Assembly (NCBI GenBank): GCA_965249555.1
Contig: OZ252243.1
Location: 928,001-992,000 of the forward strand
DNA from: Nitrosopumilus sp.
GTDB taxonomy: Archaea > Thermoproteota > Nitrososphaeria > Nitrososphaerales > Nitrosopumilaceae
Direction of reading: 5' to 3'
DNA: 64,000 bases
Part shown: positions 39,632 through 50,090 of the stretch, piece by piece
Layout of the letters: every line of letters begins with the position of its first letter
Numbering within the stretch: position 1 is the stretch's first letter
The notes under the pieces: model-generated
Databases searched by the model: none
What the model was told of the DNA's origin: nothing
The model's input: only the letters and a program-made list of their open reading frames with translations
Translations under genes and position numbers: made by a program

Positions 39632-40282
39632 TTAAAGATTTTTCAGCTTGTAGTATTTACAATTTCTTTTAATTTTACACACATCACACATTGGAGATAT
39701 GGGTTTGCAGATGTTTTGACCATACATTACAAAGGTATCATTAATGTCAAGCCAAAATTTTTTTGGAATCTTTTTCATCAATTCTTGTTCAGTGTCTTCA
39801 GGAGTTTTAGTATCTACCAAACCCAATCTATTTGAGATTCTATGAACATGAACGTCAACTGGAATTGCAGGCTTTTCATAAGCATATACTAATACACAGT
39901 TAGCAGTTTTCCTACCTACGCCAGGCAGTTTAACTAGCGTTTCCAAGTCATCAGGCACTATTCCCTTATACTGAGAATCAATGATTTTTGCTACCTCTAT
40001 GATTCTCTTTGATTTTACATGGTAAAATCCAATGGATTTTATGATTTTTTCAATATCTTTGACTTTGGCATTTGCCAAAGATTTAGCATTTTTGTATTTT
40101 GAAAATAAAACTTTGCACACTTTTGTTGTACTTTCATCTTTAGTGCGAGCTGAAAGAATAGTACCTATTAGAATACTAAATGGACCGCCAGTCTCTACCT
40201 CATGAAGTTCTCTTAATGCAGTCATTCTGGGTGGTTTAACTGAATTCATAGTAGACATCATTCCGCGTAAAATTTTTTCCAT
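39632..40282 (-). CDS. nth: endonuclease III
   Basis: HhH LPGVGRKTAN, VDVHVHR, Fe-S motif CKPISPMCDVCKIKRNC. Confidence 0.95.
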   Translation of the reverse strand: MEKILRGMMSTMNSVKPPRMTALRELHEVETGGPFSILIGTILSARTKDESTTKVCKVLFSKYKNAKSLANAKVKDIEKIIKSIGFYHVKSKRIIEVAKIIDSQYKGIVPDDLETLVKLPGVGRKTANCVLVYAYEKPAIPVDVHVHRISNRLGLVDTKTPEDTEQELMKKIPKKFWLDINDTFVMYGQNICKPISPMCDVCKIKRNCKYYKLKNL

Positions 40283-40336
40283 ATTCATGTAATATTTTAC
40301 GTACAAGTATTATATCTGTAATAACTAACATGTCTC

Positions 40337-41491
40337 GTGGAATTAACTAGAGGAGAAGAATCTGCATTAAAAGGTGAACAAGGCGAAATTATGCAGATGG
40401 CATATAGAATTTTAGTTGCAACAGGTGAAGCAACAGATGCAGAAAGACTCGTTCCAATAGAATGGGCCCATCTATCAGGAGTTAATTACAATACAATTGG
40501 CGATGCAGGAGAAGAATTATTATCAAGTATTAGTAAAAATGCAAGAGTTAAAGTAAAAACAACTTTGAATCCAATGGGATTTGATATAGATAATGTTTCA
40601 AATTATAATTTAGATGAAAATTTTATTTCAAAACAACTTTCAATTAAAAACTCTTATGAAACAATGGGTGTTATCCCATCATTTTCATGTATTCCATATG
40701 AAATATTTGATATACCAAAAGAAGAAACTCAAGTTGCATTTGCAGAAAGTAATGCTGCAATTCATGCAAATTCTTATGATCATCTAAAAACAAACAAAGA
40801 AAGTTCTTTTAGTGCACTTGCAAGTGCAATTACTGGCAAGAGTCCATATTCTTCTTTACGAAAAGAAGATTCACCTAATCTTACAATTAGAATGAAAGTG
40901 AATGATCCAAATGAGTTAACCTATGGAATGCTAGGATTTTTTGCAGGAAAGGTTGGAGATACTTCTGTAAACATATCAGGTCTAGGAGAGATGGATAGAC
41001 GTCAATGCAAGGCCATGTGTGGAGGTATGGGAACTTCTGGAACTTGTGCAAAATTTCGTTTTGGAGAAGGAGATGCAGGTTGTGAAAAAGTAGACTTTGA
41101 TGAGAAAGAGATGCAAAATGTTCATGATGAATTAAACACTGCAGAAAAAGGAGACTTGATTACTCTTGGTAGTCCTCAATTAGGATTAGAAGAAATTTCA
41201 GATCTTACTGCCAGGCTTAAAGGACGATCTTTTAAGAAGAGATGTATGATATTTTGTCCCAGAACCGTAAAAGAACAGGCAAGAAAAATAGGATATGCAA
41301 ATGAATTAGAACGTGCAGGATGTGAAGTTCTTTCAGATTGTTGTACATGTCTAACACCATTAATCAGTAAAGATGAGGTTGATGCAGTTACTACAAACAG
41401 TATCAAAGGTGCATTTTATCTAAAAAATTCTAATGGTGTTGATGTAAATCTAAAACCATTATCACAGATAATTGAAGATGAAACAAGTTGA
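40337..41491 (+). CDS. aconitase X catalytic subunit (probable phosphomevalonate dehydratase large subunit)
   Basis: TTLNP, SCIPY, AESNA, GSPQL, TNSIKG. Confidence 0.88.
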   Translation: MELTRGEESALKGEQGEIMQMAYRILVATGEATDAERLVPIEWAHLSGVNYNTIGDAGEELLSSISKNARVKVKTTLNPMGFDIDNVSNYNLDENFISKQLSIKNSYETMGVIPSFSCIPYEIFDIPKEETQVAFAESNAAIHANSYDHLKTNKESSFSALASAITGKSPYSSLRKEDSPNLTIRMKVNDPNELTYGMLGFFAGKVGDTSVNISGLGEMDRRQCKAMCGGMGTSGTCAKFRFGEGDAGCEKVDFDEKEMQNVHDELNTAEKGDLITLGSPQLGLEEISDLTARLKGRSFKKRCMIFCPRTVKEQARKIGYANELERAGCEVLSDCCTCLTPLISKDEVDAVTTNSIKGAFYLKNSNGVDVNLKPLSQIIEDETS

Positions 41492-41880
41492 GGAAAATTC
41501 TAGTTCAAGGTAAAGTTGAAGGAATCATACTAAAATCAGAAGCATCGATTAATTTTCTTGGTACAGTAGACAAGAAAACAGGAATAATTAGTGATAAGAG
41601 TCATGAATTATTTGAAAAATCAATTAAAAATTCAGTTTTAGTATTTCCATCAGGGGTTGGTAGCAGTGTAGGTGCATATACTATCTATTCGATCAAATCA
41701 AATAATTCTGCACCACTTGCAATGATTTGTCAAAAAGCTGATCTTACAGTTGCAACAGGTTGTGCACTAGCTAACATTCCACTAGTGATTGTTTCTGATG
41801 AAGAGTTTTCATCATTTCAAAATGGGCAAAAAATTTCTTTAGATACAAAATCTGAAAATCCAATTTCAATTATTCAGTAA
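41488..41880 (+). CDS. aconitase X swivel subunit (DUF126)
   Basis: FLGTVD..TGII....H, FPSGVGSSVG. Confidence 0.88.
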   Translation: MRKILVQGKVEGIILKSEASINFLGTVDKKTGIISDKSHELFEKSIKNSVLVFPSGVGSSVGAYTIYSIKSNNSAPLAMICQKADLTVATGCALANIPLVIVSDEEFSSFQNGQKISLDTKSENPISIIQ

Positions 41881-41890
41881 GAAAAATCAA

Positions 41891-42559
41891 TTATCGTTTT
41901 TTGGTAAAAAATAGAATACCTACTATAGCAAAAAGACCTATTGCAAGAAAAAATGGATACAAGGCAAAGATATTATCTGCAGGATCACCTGATAGAAACT
42001 CTACAATCATGCTTCCAGAAGTTACTGCAGGAGGATCAGTAGAGCCCTCCAGTCCATGAACAGAGTAAGAATCAATTGCAAATACATCAATAGCTAAATT
42101 GGTAACAACAATTCTTCCTCCGTTGTTGACAGTTAGTCCTGCTCTATCAGTGTAAGATATGAGTACTTTAGCCTCTGGATACCACCCTCTATCCAAATCT
42201 CTAAAAACTACAATGTATCCTTCCTTTGGAGTTTTAACTGCAACCCATAATTTGTTATCAGGTTGTGAACCCATTCCAACTTCAATAAATTCTGTTGCTG
42301 AAAGATCTTGATTATATATTCTAATAACAGCATCTTCATTTGGATTTGCATAAAGTAGATTGTTATCAATTGTTACTTGCCAGCTAACAACATGAACATC
42401 ATCAAGCGATATAACTGGTGCATCACGTAAAACTATGTTAAATTCCTGTGCAGGGATTTCTATTGTATCAATAATTACTGAAGGATTATTCATATCTTGA
42501 GCAAATGCTGGAGTGATAAAAAATCCTGTAAGCAAAACTATTGCAAATAAATATTTCAC
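41891..42559 (-). CDS. secreted membrane-anchored hypothetical protein
   Basis: Signal peptide (AFAQ) and C-terminal TM plus KKR. Confidence 0.75.
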   Translation of the reverse strand: MKYLFAIVLLTGFFITPAFAQDMNNPSVIIDTIEIPAQEFNIVLRDAPVISLDDVHVVSWQVTIDNNLLYANPNEDAVIRIYNQDLSATEFIEVGMGSQPDNKLWVAVKTPKEGYIVVFRDLDRGWYPEAKVLISYTDRAGLTVNNGGRIVVTNLAIDVFAIDSYSVHGLEGSTDPPAVTSGSMIVEFLSGDPADNIFALYPFFLAIGLFAIVGILFFTKKR

Positions 42560-42589
42560 AAGCTAGAGCAAATTTAATTTAATAAATAT

Positions 42590-43732
42590 CTAATCTACAA
42601 AAGGTTTTGGATGATCTAAAATTACTTTTGCTACTTCTGGTCTTAGAATAAATTCAGATGGGGATTGTCCATTTTGAATCATCTCTCTGAGTTTAGTTCC
42701 ACTAATCTGCTCTTTTGCATCATCATCATGTGGACATGCCTTTGGAGTTGTGTATGTAAGACATTTCTTGCAATAGAAAAATGGTGGGAAAAATACTGGT
42801 GAGATTTCTAATTCTGGATAGTCAGCAAAGATTTTTTGTGCAGCAAATGGATCATAAAATTTTCCTACACCTGCATGGTCTCTACCAATAATGATGTGGG
42901 TACATCCATAGTTTTGTCTCATAATTGCATGATGAATTGCCTCTTTTGGACCAGCATACTTCATCTCAGTATGTAATGTTCCAAGTTTGCATCTATTTTC
43001 TGGATAGTATAATTTTATCATGGTTTCATAGCATTTTACAATAACCTCATCAACAAAATCACCAGACTTTTTCTTTCCAATAATTGGATTAACAAATACT
43101 CCATCACGTGTTGTAATTGATGTCTTTTGTAGCATTTCATGTGCAACATGTGGAGGATTTCTGGTTTGAAATGCACAGATGGTCTTCCATCCTGCTTGTG
43201 CAAATGCTTCTCTTGTTTGTTTAGGAGTTAGTCTATTTTTTCTAATTTCAGTCTCTTCTGGTTTTTGAATATAGTCAATCTTTCCACTTACTAGATAATC
43301 CTTCATGGACATTGTCTTTGCAACACCTGGATGAGATGAGTCAGTTGTTCCATAGACTCCTTGTACAGTCTTTTCTTTATCAAAAGAATATGTTTCCTCA
43401 ACATGCAATACTGCAACACCAGCTCCTTGAGGATTTTTCAATAGTACATCTCCTGATTCTTTCATTTTAGAAGCAGTAGACTCATCAACATCAAGAACAG
43501 TTGGAATGGTCCAAGCTAAATCATTTGCTAATCTTCCTCGTGAAACAACACTTTCAAAGTCTTGTTGTCCCAAGAATCCCTCTAAAGGACTAAAAATTCC
43601 ATCTGCTATATTTTCAACATCATTTGCAAGATCCTCACTAATTGTAATTGAGAATAATCCAGTAGGATCAACTTTGGTAATTCTATTAACTAATACTCCA
43701 CCGTGTGGTTTAATTGAATTATTTTCTGACAT
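42590..43732 (-). CDS. sat: sulfate adenylyltransferase
   Basis: [30 protein letters not shown]. Confidence 0.96.
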   Translation of the reverse strand: MSENNSIKPHGGVLVNRITKVDPTGLFSITISEDLANDVENIADGIFSPLEGFLGQQDFESVVSRGRLANDLAWTIPTVLDVDESTASKMKESGDVLLKNPQGAGVAVLHVEETYSFDKEKTVQGVYGTTDSSHPGVAKTMSMKDYLVSGKIDYIQKPEETEIRKNRLTPKQTREAFAQAGWKTICAFQTRNPPHVAHEMLQKTSITTRDGVFVNPIIGKKKSGDFVDEVIVKCYETMIKLYYPENRCKLGTLHTEMKYAGPKEAIHHAIMRQNYGCTHIIIGRDHAGVGKFYDPFAAQKIFADYPELEISPVFFPPFFYCKKCLTYTTPKACPHDDDAKEQISGTKLREMIQNGQSPSEFILRPEVAKVILDHPKPFVD

Positions 43733-43741
43733 GTAAATCCT

Positions 43742-44458
43742 CTATTTGTGGTCTATATGAAGGCCACACTCTTTGTTTCCATCTTCTTCCCACCACCATC
43801 TTCCTGCTCGAAGATCTTCTCCAGGTTTTATAGCTCGTGTACAAGGCTCACAACCAACACTTGGATAACCTTTCTCAAGAAGACTGTTTTGTGGAAGATT
43901 ATTCTTTTTGATATATTCTTGAATTTGATCCCAAGTCCAATCAATTATTGGATTAATCTTTAGCATTCCTCCATGTCCATGGTCTAGTTGAAAAATTGTA
44001 CCATTTTCTCGAGTTTTGGTCTGATCACGTCTCAATCCAGTAATCCAACCATCTAAGGTACTCAGCATTCTATTAATTGGATGTACTTTACGAATTTCAC
44101 AACACAATTTTCTATTCTCTACACTTTCATAGAATAGATTCAATCCCTTTTCTCTAACCATATCTTCAACTTCTTTGGTATCAGGAAATAGTACTTCAAT
44201 TGAAATATTGTATTTTTTTCGTACAACATCCATAATGTCGTAGGTTTCTTGTGGTAGTCTTCCAGTATCTAACGTAAAGAATCTAAATTTTGGGTTAATT
44301 TTTAGCATAATATCCATAATTACTGAATCTTCTGCACCAAAGCTTGATGCCTTTGCAACTTTAGGGTGAAGGTTATCTGAGACCCATTGAAGTGCCTCTT
44401 CAGCAGTCTTTATTCTTGAGTTAAGATCATCTACTTGTTCTTGTGTGAATTTTGTCAT
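43742..44458 (-). CDS. cysH: (P)APS reductase, Fe-S type
   Basis: LDTG, CCEIRK, TGLRRDQ, SVGCEPCT, GRWWWE..KECGLH. Confidence 0.94.
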   Translation of the reverse strand: MTKFTQEQVDDLNSRIKTAEEALQWVSDNLHPKVAKASSFGAEDSVIMDIMLKINPKFRFFTLDTGRLPQETYDIMDVVRKKYNISIEVLFPDTKEVEDMVREKGLNLFYESVENRKLCCEIRKVHPINRMLSTLDGWITGLRRDQTKTRENGTIFQLDHGHGGMLKINPIIDWTWDQIQEYIKKNNLPQNSLLEKGYPSVGCEPCTRAIKPGEDLRAGRWWWEEDGNKECGLHIDHK

Positions 44459-44541
44459 ATTTTCACTTAAAGTATTTGTTTTATATTGATTACCCGAGTT
44501 TTATCCTAAATTATAAACAAGTAGATTTCAAAATAGAAAAT

Positions 44542-45657
44542 ATGAATGAAATATCATATGTTGTAGTTTTTCCAACTATATTTTCAAGAAATAAAATTTC
44601 ACATCTAATTACAAATATAAAAAAAATTCTTAAAATAAAAAATCAACAATTCAAATCTGTAAAACGTGATGGTGATGTGATTTTGGTTGATGCAAATGAT
44701 CCTGTATTTGCATCATCTGCCATCAATTTACTTTTTGGAATAGAAAAAATTGCAATTGCAAGACATATAAAAAATAATTTTCAAGATATTGTTTCTGAGA
44801 TTACATCTGTAGGTGGTAATCTACTCTTAAAGGGAGAGAAATTTCTAGTAAAAGTTGAAGGGGTATCAAAAGGATTTCTTACAAAAGATGTAGAGATTGC
44901 AGCAACATCAAATATAATAGAAAAAAAATCAAATTTAGGAGCTCGTCCTGGAACAGAAGAAGATTACGATAAATTATTGTATACATATTTAACAAAAAAT
45001 AATGCATACATCTGTATTTTTTCAGATAAAGGTAAGGGTGGTATTCCATATCAATCACAAAATCAGAAAACAATTTGTGCAGTATATGATGAAATATCTG
45101 CAGTTTCTTGTTTTGAGACAATAAAACAAGGTTATGATACTAAAATCATAGTATGTTATAGACAAAAATCAGAATTAATGAATTTGGCCAAAATAATTAA
45201 TCAAATAATTCCAAGATTAGTACAAGACAGGATTGAATTAGAATTTTATCAATTAAAAATAAAACCAAATGGAATTAAAAATTACTTGATCTATGTAAAT
45301 TCAATACTAGAGATAATGCTGCAACATTCAAACAGCCGTATATCATTAGCTTTATCACCATTAGTATTTTCTACAGATTTTATTGATAGTTCATTAAAGC
45401 GTGTATTTGAAAAAAAGAAAATTCCAATAATTCCACTTGCTGGAGTAGACACCAATTTGTTTGATGAAGCAAAAGAGATTGGGTTGGAAAGAAATGTCAA
45501 AAAATTGGAAAAAATAGTCACAATCAATTCAAATGAAATTCCAGTTTTTTCAAAAAAAGAAGTAGGATCTGCACTTAAAACAAAGAAAAAAATTTCAATT
45601 CAGGTAGGACCTAACAATCTTCATGATATTTTAGATTCACTAGAGGAAAATCACTGA
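44542..45657 (+). CDS. THUMP-domain ThiI-like protein with degenerate PP-loop
   Basis: FGIEK/THUMP region and GKGGIP; the SGGxDS position reads YDEISA. Confidence 0.65.
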   Translation: MNEISYVVVFPTIFSRNKISHLITNIKKILKIKNQQFKSVKRDGDVILVDANDPVFASSAINLLFGIEKIAIARHIKNNFQDIVSEITSVGGNLLLKGEKFLVKVEGVSKGFLTKDVEIAATSNIIEKKSNLGARPGTEEDYDKLLYTYLTKNNAYICIFSDKGKGGIPYQSQNQKTICAVYDEISAVSCFETIKQGYDTKIIVCYRQKSELMNLAKIINQIIPRLVQDRIELEFYQLKIKPNGIKNYLIYVNSILEIMLQHSNSRISLALSPLVFSTDFIDSSLKRVFEKKKIPIIPLAGVDTNLFDEAKEIGLERNVKKLEKIVTINSNEIPVFSKKEVGSALKTKKKISIQVGPNNLHDILDSLEENH

Positions 45658-45687
45658 GAATTTAAACGGCATATTTGGTTTCATATT

Positions 45688-46923
45688 GTGCTCAAAATAG
45701 GAGAATTCATCTATCCATGGGGAAGTGGTCATTATTCTCGAATGATGAGGTTAAATGACGTATTAGGAGACTACATAAAAGAAGACTTTGATGTTCATTT
45801 TTCAAGCAAAGATCATGTTTATGAGAAATTATTAAAAAAATTTCCAAATGAAAAAGAAAAAATTCATGAGATCTTAATGCCAACACCAATTGATGGTAAA
45901 TTTGGGCCAAGTGTTTCAATGTCGTTAATGAATTTGTTATTACCAGTTTCAAAGAACCCTCCATTGGTAAGACAGATTGCAAACTATTTGAGAGAGGAAA
46001 GAAAACTCTACAACAAAGAAAAATTTGATCTTGTAATCAATGATGGAGATATGGGTTCAAATATTTTGGCAAAAAATCGAAACATACCAAGTTTGTTTGT
46101 AACAAACCAATTTAGACCTAAACTGTACAATTCAAGATCATATCTGTATCCATCATTAATCTTTATTGCAAAACAAATTGTTAAAGCATCAAAAATTCTT
46201 GTTGCAGATTCACCACCTCCATATACTGTTTGTGAATATAATCTAAATTTTATAAAAGAAGCAGAAGAAAAGGTAACTTATGTAGGATATTTTACAAATA
46301 ATAAACAAATCAAAAAAGAAGATAGTTCGGATCTTGAAAAATTAGTTGAAAATAATGAATTTGGTTATTGGATGAGAACTGGAAACAAATCAACTAATGA
46401 TGGAACTGGTCAGCGATATGAAGAAGCATTTCATCAAGATGAGATGAGTAATGAAAAAAGAATTGTTTCACATGCAAGAAATGATTCAAACATAGATTCT
46501 GTTATAGGAAAAGATGGAAAGAAATATTCAATTTCAGAGGCTTTGGATAAAAAGATAGATTGGATACAAATTGATATTGGTTTTCTTTCAGAACAAGAAA
46601 AAGATACAATACTGAATTTGTGTAGATATGCAGTTGTCAATGGTTCTCATACTGTAATGGGTGAGATTATGGGTGAAAAATCAAAACCAATAATTGGAAT
46701 TCCAATTTATGATGAGCACACAAATAACATTAGATGGGCAGAGGAGAAAAATCTAGGTGTACTAGCCATAAAAACAAAGCAAGTAACTCAAGCAATCTCC
46801 AAAATTAAAGAGAATTATGAAGAATTTGAGGAACATTTGAGTGAATTTTCAAAGAATTTTGTTCCTAATGGGGCAAAGAATTCAGCAAAGATTGCGGCTC
46901 AAACTTTGGAAGAAAAGAGATAA
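45688..46923 (+). CDS. GT-B fold glycosyltransferase (GT28-like)
   Basis: WGSGHYSRM, DLVINDG, GSHTVMGE, PIYDEH. Confidence 0.8.
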   Translation: MLKIGEFIYPWGSGHYSRMMRLNDVLGDYIKEDFDVHFSSKDHVYEKLLKKFPNEKEKIHEILMPTPIDGKFGPSVSMSLMNLLLPVSKNPPLVRQIANYLREERKLYNKEKFDLVINDGDMGSNILAKNRNIPSLFVTNQFRPKLYNSRSYLYPSLIFIAKQIVKASKILVADSPPPYTVCEYNLNFIKEAEEKVTYVGYFTNNKQIKKEDSSDLEKLVENNEFGYWMRTGNKSTNDGTGQRYEEAFHQDEMSNEKRIVSHARNDSNIDSVIGKDGKKYSISEALDKKIDWIQIDIGFLSEQEKDTILNLCRYAVVNGSHTVMGEIMGEKSKPIIGIPIYDEHTNNIRWAEEKNLGVLAIKTKQVTQAISKIKENYEEFEEHLSEFSKNFVPNGAKNSAKIAAQTLEEKR

Positions 46924-46947
46924 TACATTATTTTTTGAATTTTGTTT

Positions 46948-47015
46948 ATCTGGCACGCGGGATTTCGATGGGCGAACGGACCGCAAGGGATGATGAAAAA
47001 ATCCGCGTGTCAGAT
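46948..47015 (+). ncRNA. candidate K-turn-containing small RNA
   Basis: GC-rich intergenic stem ATCTGGCACGCGG/CCGCGTGTCAGAT with apical CGGA-CC-GCAA-GG-GATGATGA. Confidence 0.55.
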
Positions 47016-47034
47016 TAATATCGATCAGTTATGA

Positions 47035-47385
47035 GTGTGGGAACGCTTTTATGGAAAAAATCTAGCCAAATCAACAGTGCCTAATTGTCCAGAGTGTACA
47101 GCAAGAGAGAAAAAGAAGATTATAGTAAAATATGAAGCAGAAACTGCTGAGGAAAATAGAGGCAGAGACGATTTATACAAATTGTTTGATACAATTGAAA
47201 TTCCAATGAAAATGGATTCTGCTACAAAGCATTTCATTTGTAAAAGATGTGGATTATACGCAACAAGAGAACAAGTATCAGACATTAGATACAAACTAAA
47301 TCAAAGAGAGAAAACACGTGAAGATAAACATGATGACTATTTAGAATGGTGGTCAAAAAGTAAAAAAGAAAAAGCAGAAAACTAG
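47035..47385 (+). CDS. zinc-binding hypothetical protein
   Basis: CPEC and CKRC motifs; start codon uncertain. Confidence 0.7.
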   Translation: MWERFYGKNLAKSTVPNCPECTAREKKKIIVKYEAETAEENRGRDDLYKLFDTIEIPMKMDSATKHFICKRCGLYATREQVSDIRYKLNQREKTREDKHDDYLEWWSKSKKEKAEN

Positions 47386-47397
47386 AGTAAATTTGAT

Positions 47398-47799
47398 ATG
47401 GTAAAAAAGAAAGAAGATGAAATTCCTGATTGGGTTTCTGATGAAATTCAAAATGCAAAATTTAAGAAACCAGAAGAGATGAAAAAAAGTGGATACATTC
47501 TTGAATTTTATAATGCAGATAACAAAGTAGATGTGCAGTTGTATGATCCTATAGAAGATGGAAGACATATTGTTACAATGGACTTGGTAAAAAAGATAAA
47601 AATTGATGATTTGGTTAAGGGAGAAGTTTATGAGTTTGTTTTTGATCAACATAAAGCTCCTATAAGCAAAAAAGCTTCAGAATATCTAGACAAAGAAAAA
47701 GAAATTGAGATGACTGCAATTTACCAATTTGAATTAAAATCACTAGAATTGTTAGAGGTAAGCTCTAGTGGGACTGCAGATGACGACGCAGAAGAATAA
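47398..47799 (+). CDS. hypothetical protein
   Basis: 133-aa acidic ORF following the upstream gene after 12 bp. Confidence 0.75.
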   Translation: MVKKKEDEIPDWVSDEIQNAKFKKPEEMKKSGYILEFYNADNKVDVQLYDPIEDGRHIVTMDLVKKIKIDDLVKGEVYEFVFDQHKAPISKKASEYLDKEKEIEMTAIYQFELKSLELLEVSSSGTADDDAEE

Positions 47800-47801
47800 A
47801 G

Positions 47802-48599
47802 CTAGTCTTTTGTAGAATCTAATTGTTTTTTGAAAGATTTTCCCAATATAGGATTGACAAAGTAAGGAAATGTATGCTTCATCCATACTGCTCCACGTAC
47901 TACAGATGGAACTATGATTTCCAGTCTTGGAGAGTTTGCTGCCTTCAAAATTGCTTTGGCTACTGCTTTAGAACTAAGTGACATTGGAGAGTATTTTGGC
48001 ATTTTTTCAAACGAAGAATGATCAAAAAAATCAGTTCTAACCATAATTGGACTAACAACAGTAATTCCAACTCCGGTATCTTTTAGCTCGTACTTGAGAC
48101 CCTCAGAGAATCCCAACATCGCAAATTTAGATGCACAATACGAAGCGATTCCAGGCAAACCAAAGCTTGCTGCAACAGATGCAACATTTATGATATGAGC
48201 AGATTTTTTCTTTAGCATTGATGGTAGAAAATTTTTGATGCAGTAAATCATACCAAAGTAATTTGTTTCCATCTGGGATTCTATCTCATCTATACTAAGA
48301 TCAGATACAGAACCATAAATTGCAAAACCAGCATTATTTACCAAAATATCAATAGAATCAAATTTTTCTAAAACCATTTTTGACATTTCTTTTACTTGAT
48401 CTTTTTTTGAAACATCACATTGACAAACTAGTACAGATGTTTGAAATTCTTTTAATTCATTTTCAACTTGTTCAAGTTTATCTTTTCTTCTTGCAACTAA
48501 AATTATGTTAGCTCCTAGTTTTGCAAATTCTATTGCTGTTTGTTTACCAATTCCAGATGATGCACCAGTAATTAGAACCATTTTACTTTTGAAATCCAC
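47802..48599 (-). CDS. short-chain dehydrogenase/reductase
   Basis: TGASSGIG, NNAG, YCASK. Confidence 0.93.
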   Translation of the reverse strand: MDFKSKMVLITGASSGIGKQTAIEFAKLGANIILVARRKDKLEQVENELKEFQTSVLVCQCDVSKKDQVKEMSKMVLEKFDSIDILVNNAGFAIYGSVSDLSIDEIESQMETNYFGMIYCIKNFLPSMLKKKSAHIINVASVAASFGLPGIASYCASKFAMLGFSEGLKYELKDTGVGITVVSPIMVRTDFFDHSSFEKMPKYSPMSLSSKAVAKAILKAANSPRLEIIVPSVVRGAVWMKHTFPYFVNPILGKSFKKQLDSTKD

Positions 48600-48672
48600 A
48601 AATTAAAAAAATCGTTTAAAGATAAAGTGGTTTCTATTGGATATTTTTCCATATAAATAAACTAGCGATGAA

Positions 48673-49710
48673 TTATTTTATTTTTTTATCAGTGCTATCT
48701 GAAGTTTTCTTTGGAATCTTACTTAGAGCCAATTTAACCAACAAGAGCCAGGTTATGCCTATAGGCACATAATAAGTTGCAATTCTCCAACCAATTACTG
48801 CATCCCATGCTAAACTTCCTTCAGGGATTTCTAAATTAAATGGATTCAGATTATGCAAATATGCAACAATTCCAAATTCAGCTAATCCTGAACCACCAAT
48901 AGTAATTGGCATGTTTCCAATTGCATTTGCTCCCATTACTGCCATAATTGAATCAAATGCATTAATCACATATCCTGTTCCCATAGCAATTATCATAAAT
49001 GATATTCCATAAAATGACCAAGAAACAATTGATATTAGAAATGAAATTGTGAATATTTTTCTTGATTCAGTAGTCTTTAGATTTTTTCTGCTCATCATAC
49101 ATATTTCTTCCATCCAAGTATTTGCTTGTTGAACATATTTCTCACCTTTTTCTTTTCCAATTCGTATGACCAAATCAGAGCAAACTTTTGGTATTAGAAT
49201 AATTCTTTTAGATGATAAGAAGAATAGGGTAATCCAAAGTATAGTTACAATTAAACTAGTTATCATAATTATAGTACCAACTACATATGCACCATGCATG
49301 AATGCAAGAATTCCTGCCATAATTGACAATAAGCCTGCAGCAAGAACTTCGGTAACTATATCCATTATTGCAATCCAAGTTGCTTTTGCAGTTTCAACTC
49401 TTTTCTTTTTCAAATAATATATGACTACAAATTCAGCTCCAATAAACATCGGAGTTGTAAATTTGATAAACTCACTTCCAACTCTTACACCAATTAGATT
49501 CCAAACAGAATCAAACTTTGGCAGATATTTTCGTGTGATATATACAAATTTTATTCCCTGCAAGCCCAGTTTCATCATCATTGCAGCAATAGCTCCTAAA
49601 AATGGCAAAATTCCAATTGCCAAGACATCTTCAATGTTTATGTCAAATTGAATAGCAATAATGAAAATAGGGATTAGAGTGATAGGTATGGCTACAAGTC
49701 TCCAGTTCAT
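48673..49710 (-). CDS. lysylphosphatidylglycerol-synthase TM / flippase-like membrane protein (UPF0104)
   Basis: TTPMFIGAE, PITIGGSGLAE, WRIATYY. Confidence 0.85.
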   Translation of the reverse strand: MNWRLVAIPITLIPIFIIAIQFDINIEDVLAIGILPFLGAIAAMMMKLGLQGIKFVYITRKYLPKFDSVWNLIGVRVGSEFIKFTTPMFIGAEFVVIYYLKKKRVETAKATWIAIMDIVTEVLAAGLLSIMAGILAFMHGAYVVGTIIMITSLIVTILWITLFFLSSKRIILIPKVCSDLVIRIGKEKGEKYVQQANTWMEEICMMSRKNLKTTESRKIFTISFLISIVSWSFYGISFMIIAMGTGYVINAFDSIMAVMGANAIGNMPITIGGSGLAEFGIVAYLHNLNPFNLEIPEGSLAWDAVIGWRIATYYVPIGITWLLLVKLALSKIPKKTSDSTDKKIK

Positions 49711-49801
49711 TTGATGATTTTTTTGAATAATCAAATAATAAAGTTGATGAAATTATAGTCATCAAAAATTGTATGCCTAATTTTAGGCGTAAAAATGTGA
49801 G

Positions 49802-49954
49802 TTAATCGATGTTTTTTTGTTGATTTTGAAGTTCTTGTTTGATCTCAGCAAATAACGGATCTAACATGTCAAAATCTGAAAGATTTCTTTCTTGTAGTAA
49901 TTTTACTACCAGATCTTTGAGATGAGCTTCTTTTTCAGATATAGTTTGAATCAC
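49802..49954 (-). CDS. small hypothetical helical protein (50 aa)
   Basis: Hand translation from GTG: MIQTISEKEAHLKDLVVKLLQERNLSDFDMLDPLFAEIKQELQNQQKNID*. Confidence 0.5.
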   Translation of the reverse strand: MIQTISEKEAHLKDLVVKLLQERNLSDFDMLDPLFAEIKQELQNQQKNID

Positions 49955-50090
49955 AAATGAAATAGAATTGAATTAGTTAAAGATCTGATGGAATTTTATC
50001 TGATTTTTCAATACCAATTTGGTATCTTCTAAGAAGAAATGATAATCAAGCTAGTTTGAAATATAAGCAAAGAAAGAAAATTAGACAGGA

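Noticed and set aside
40337-41880. Aconitase X pair as a novel system
   Set aside because: Known two-subunit phosphomevalonate dehydratase of the archaeal mevalonate pathway.
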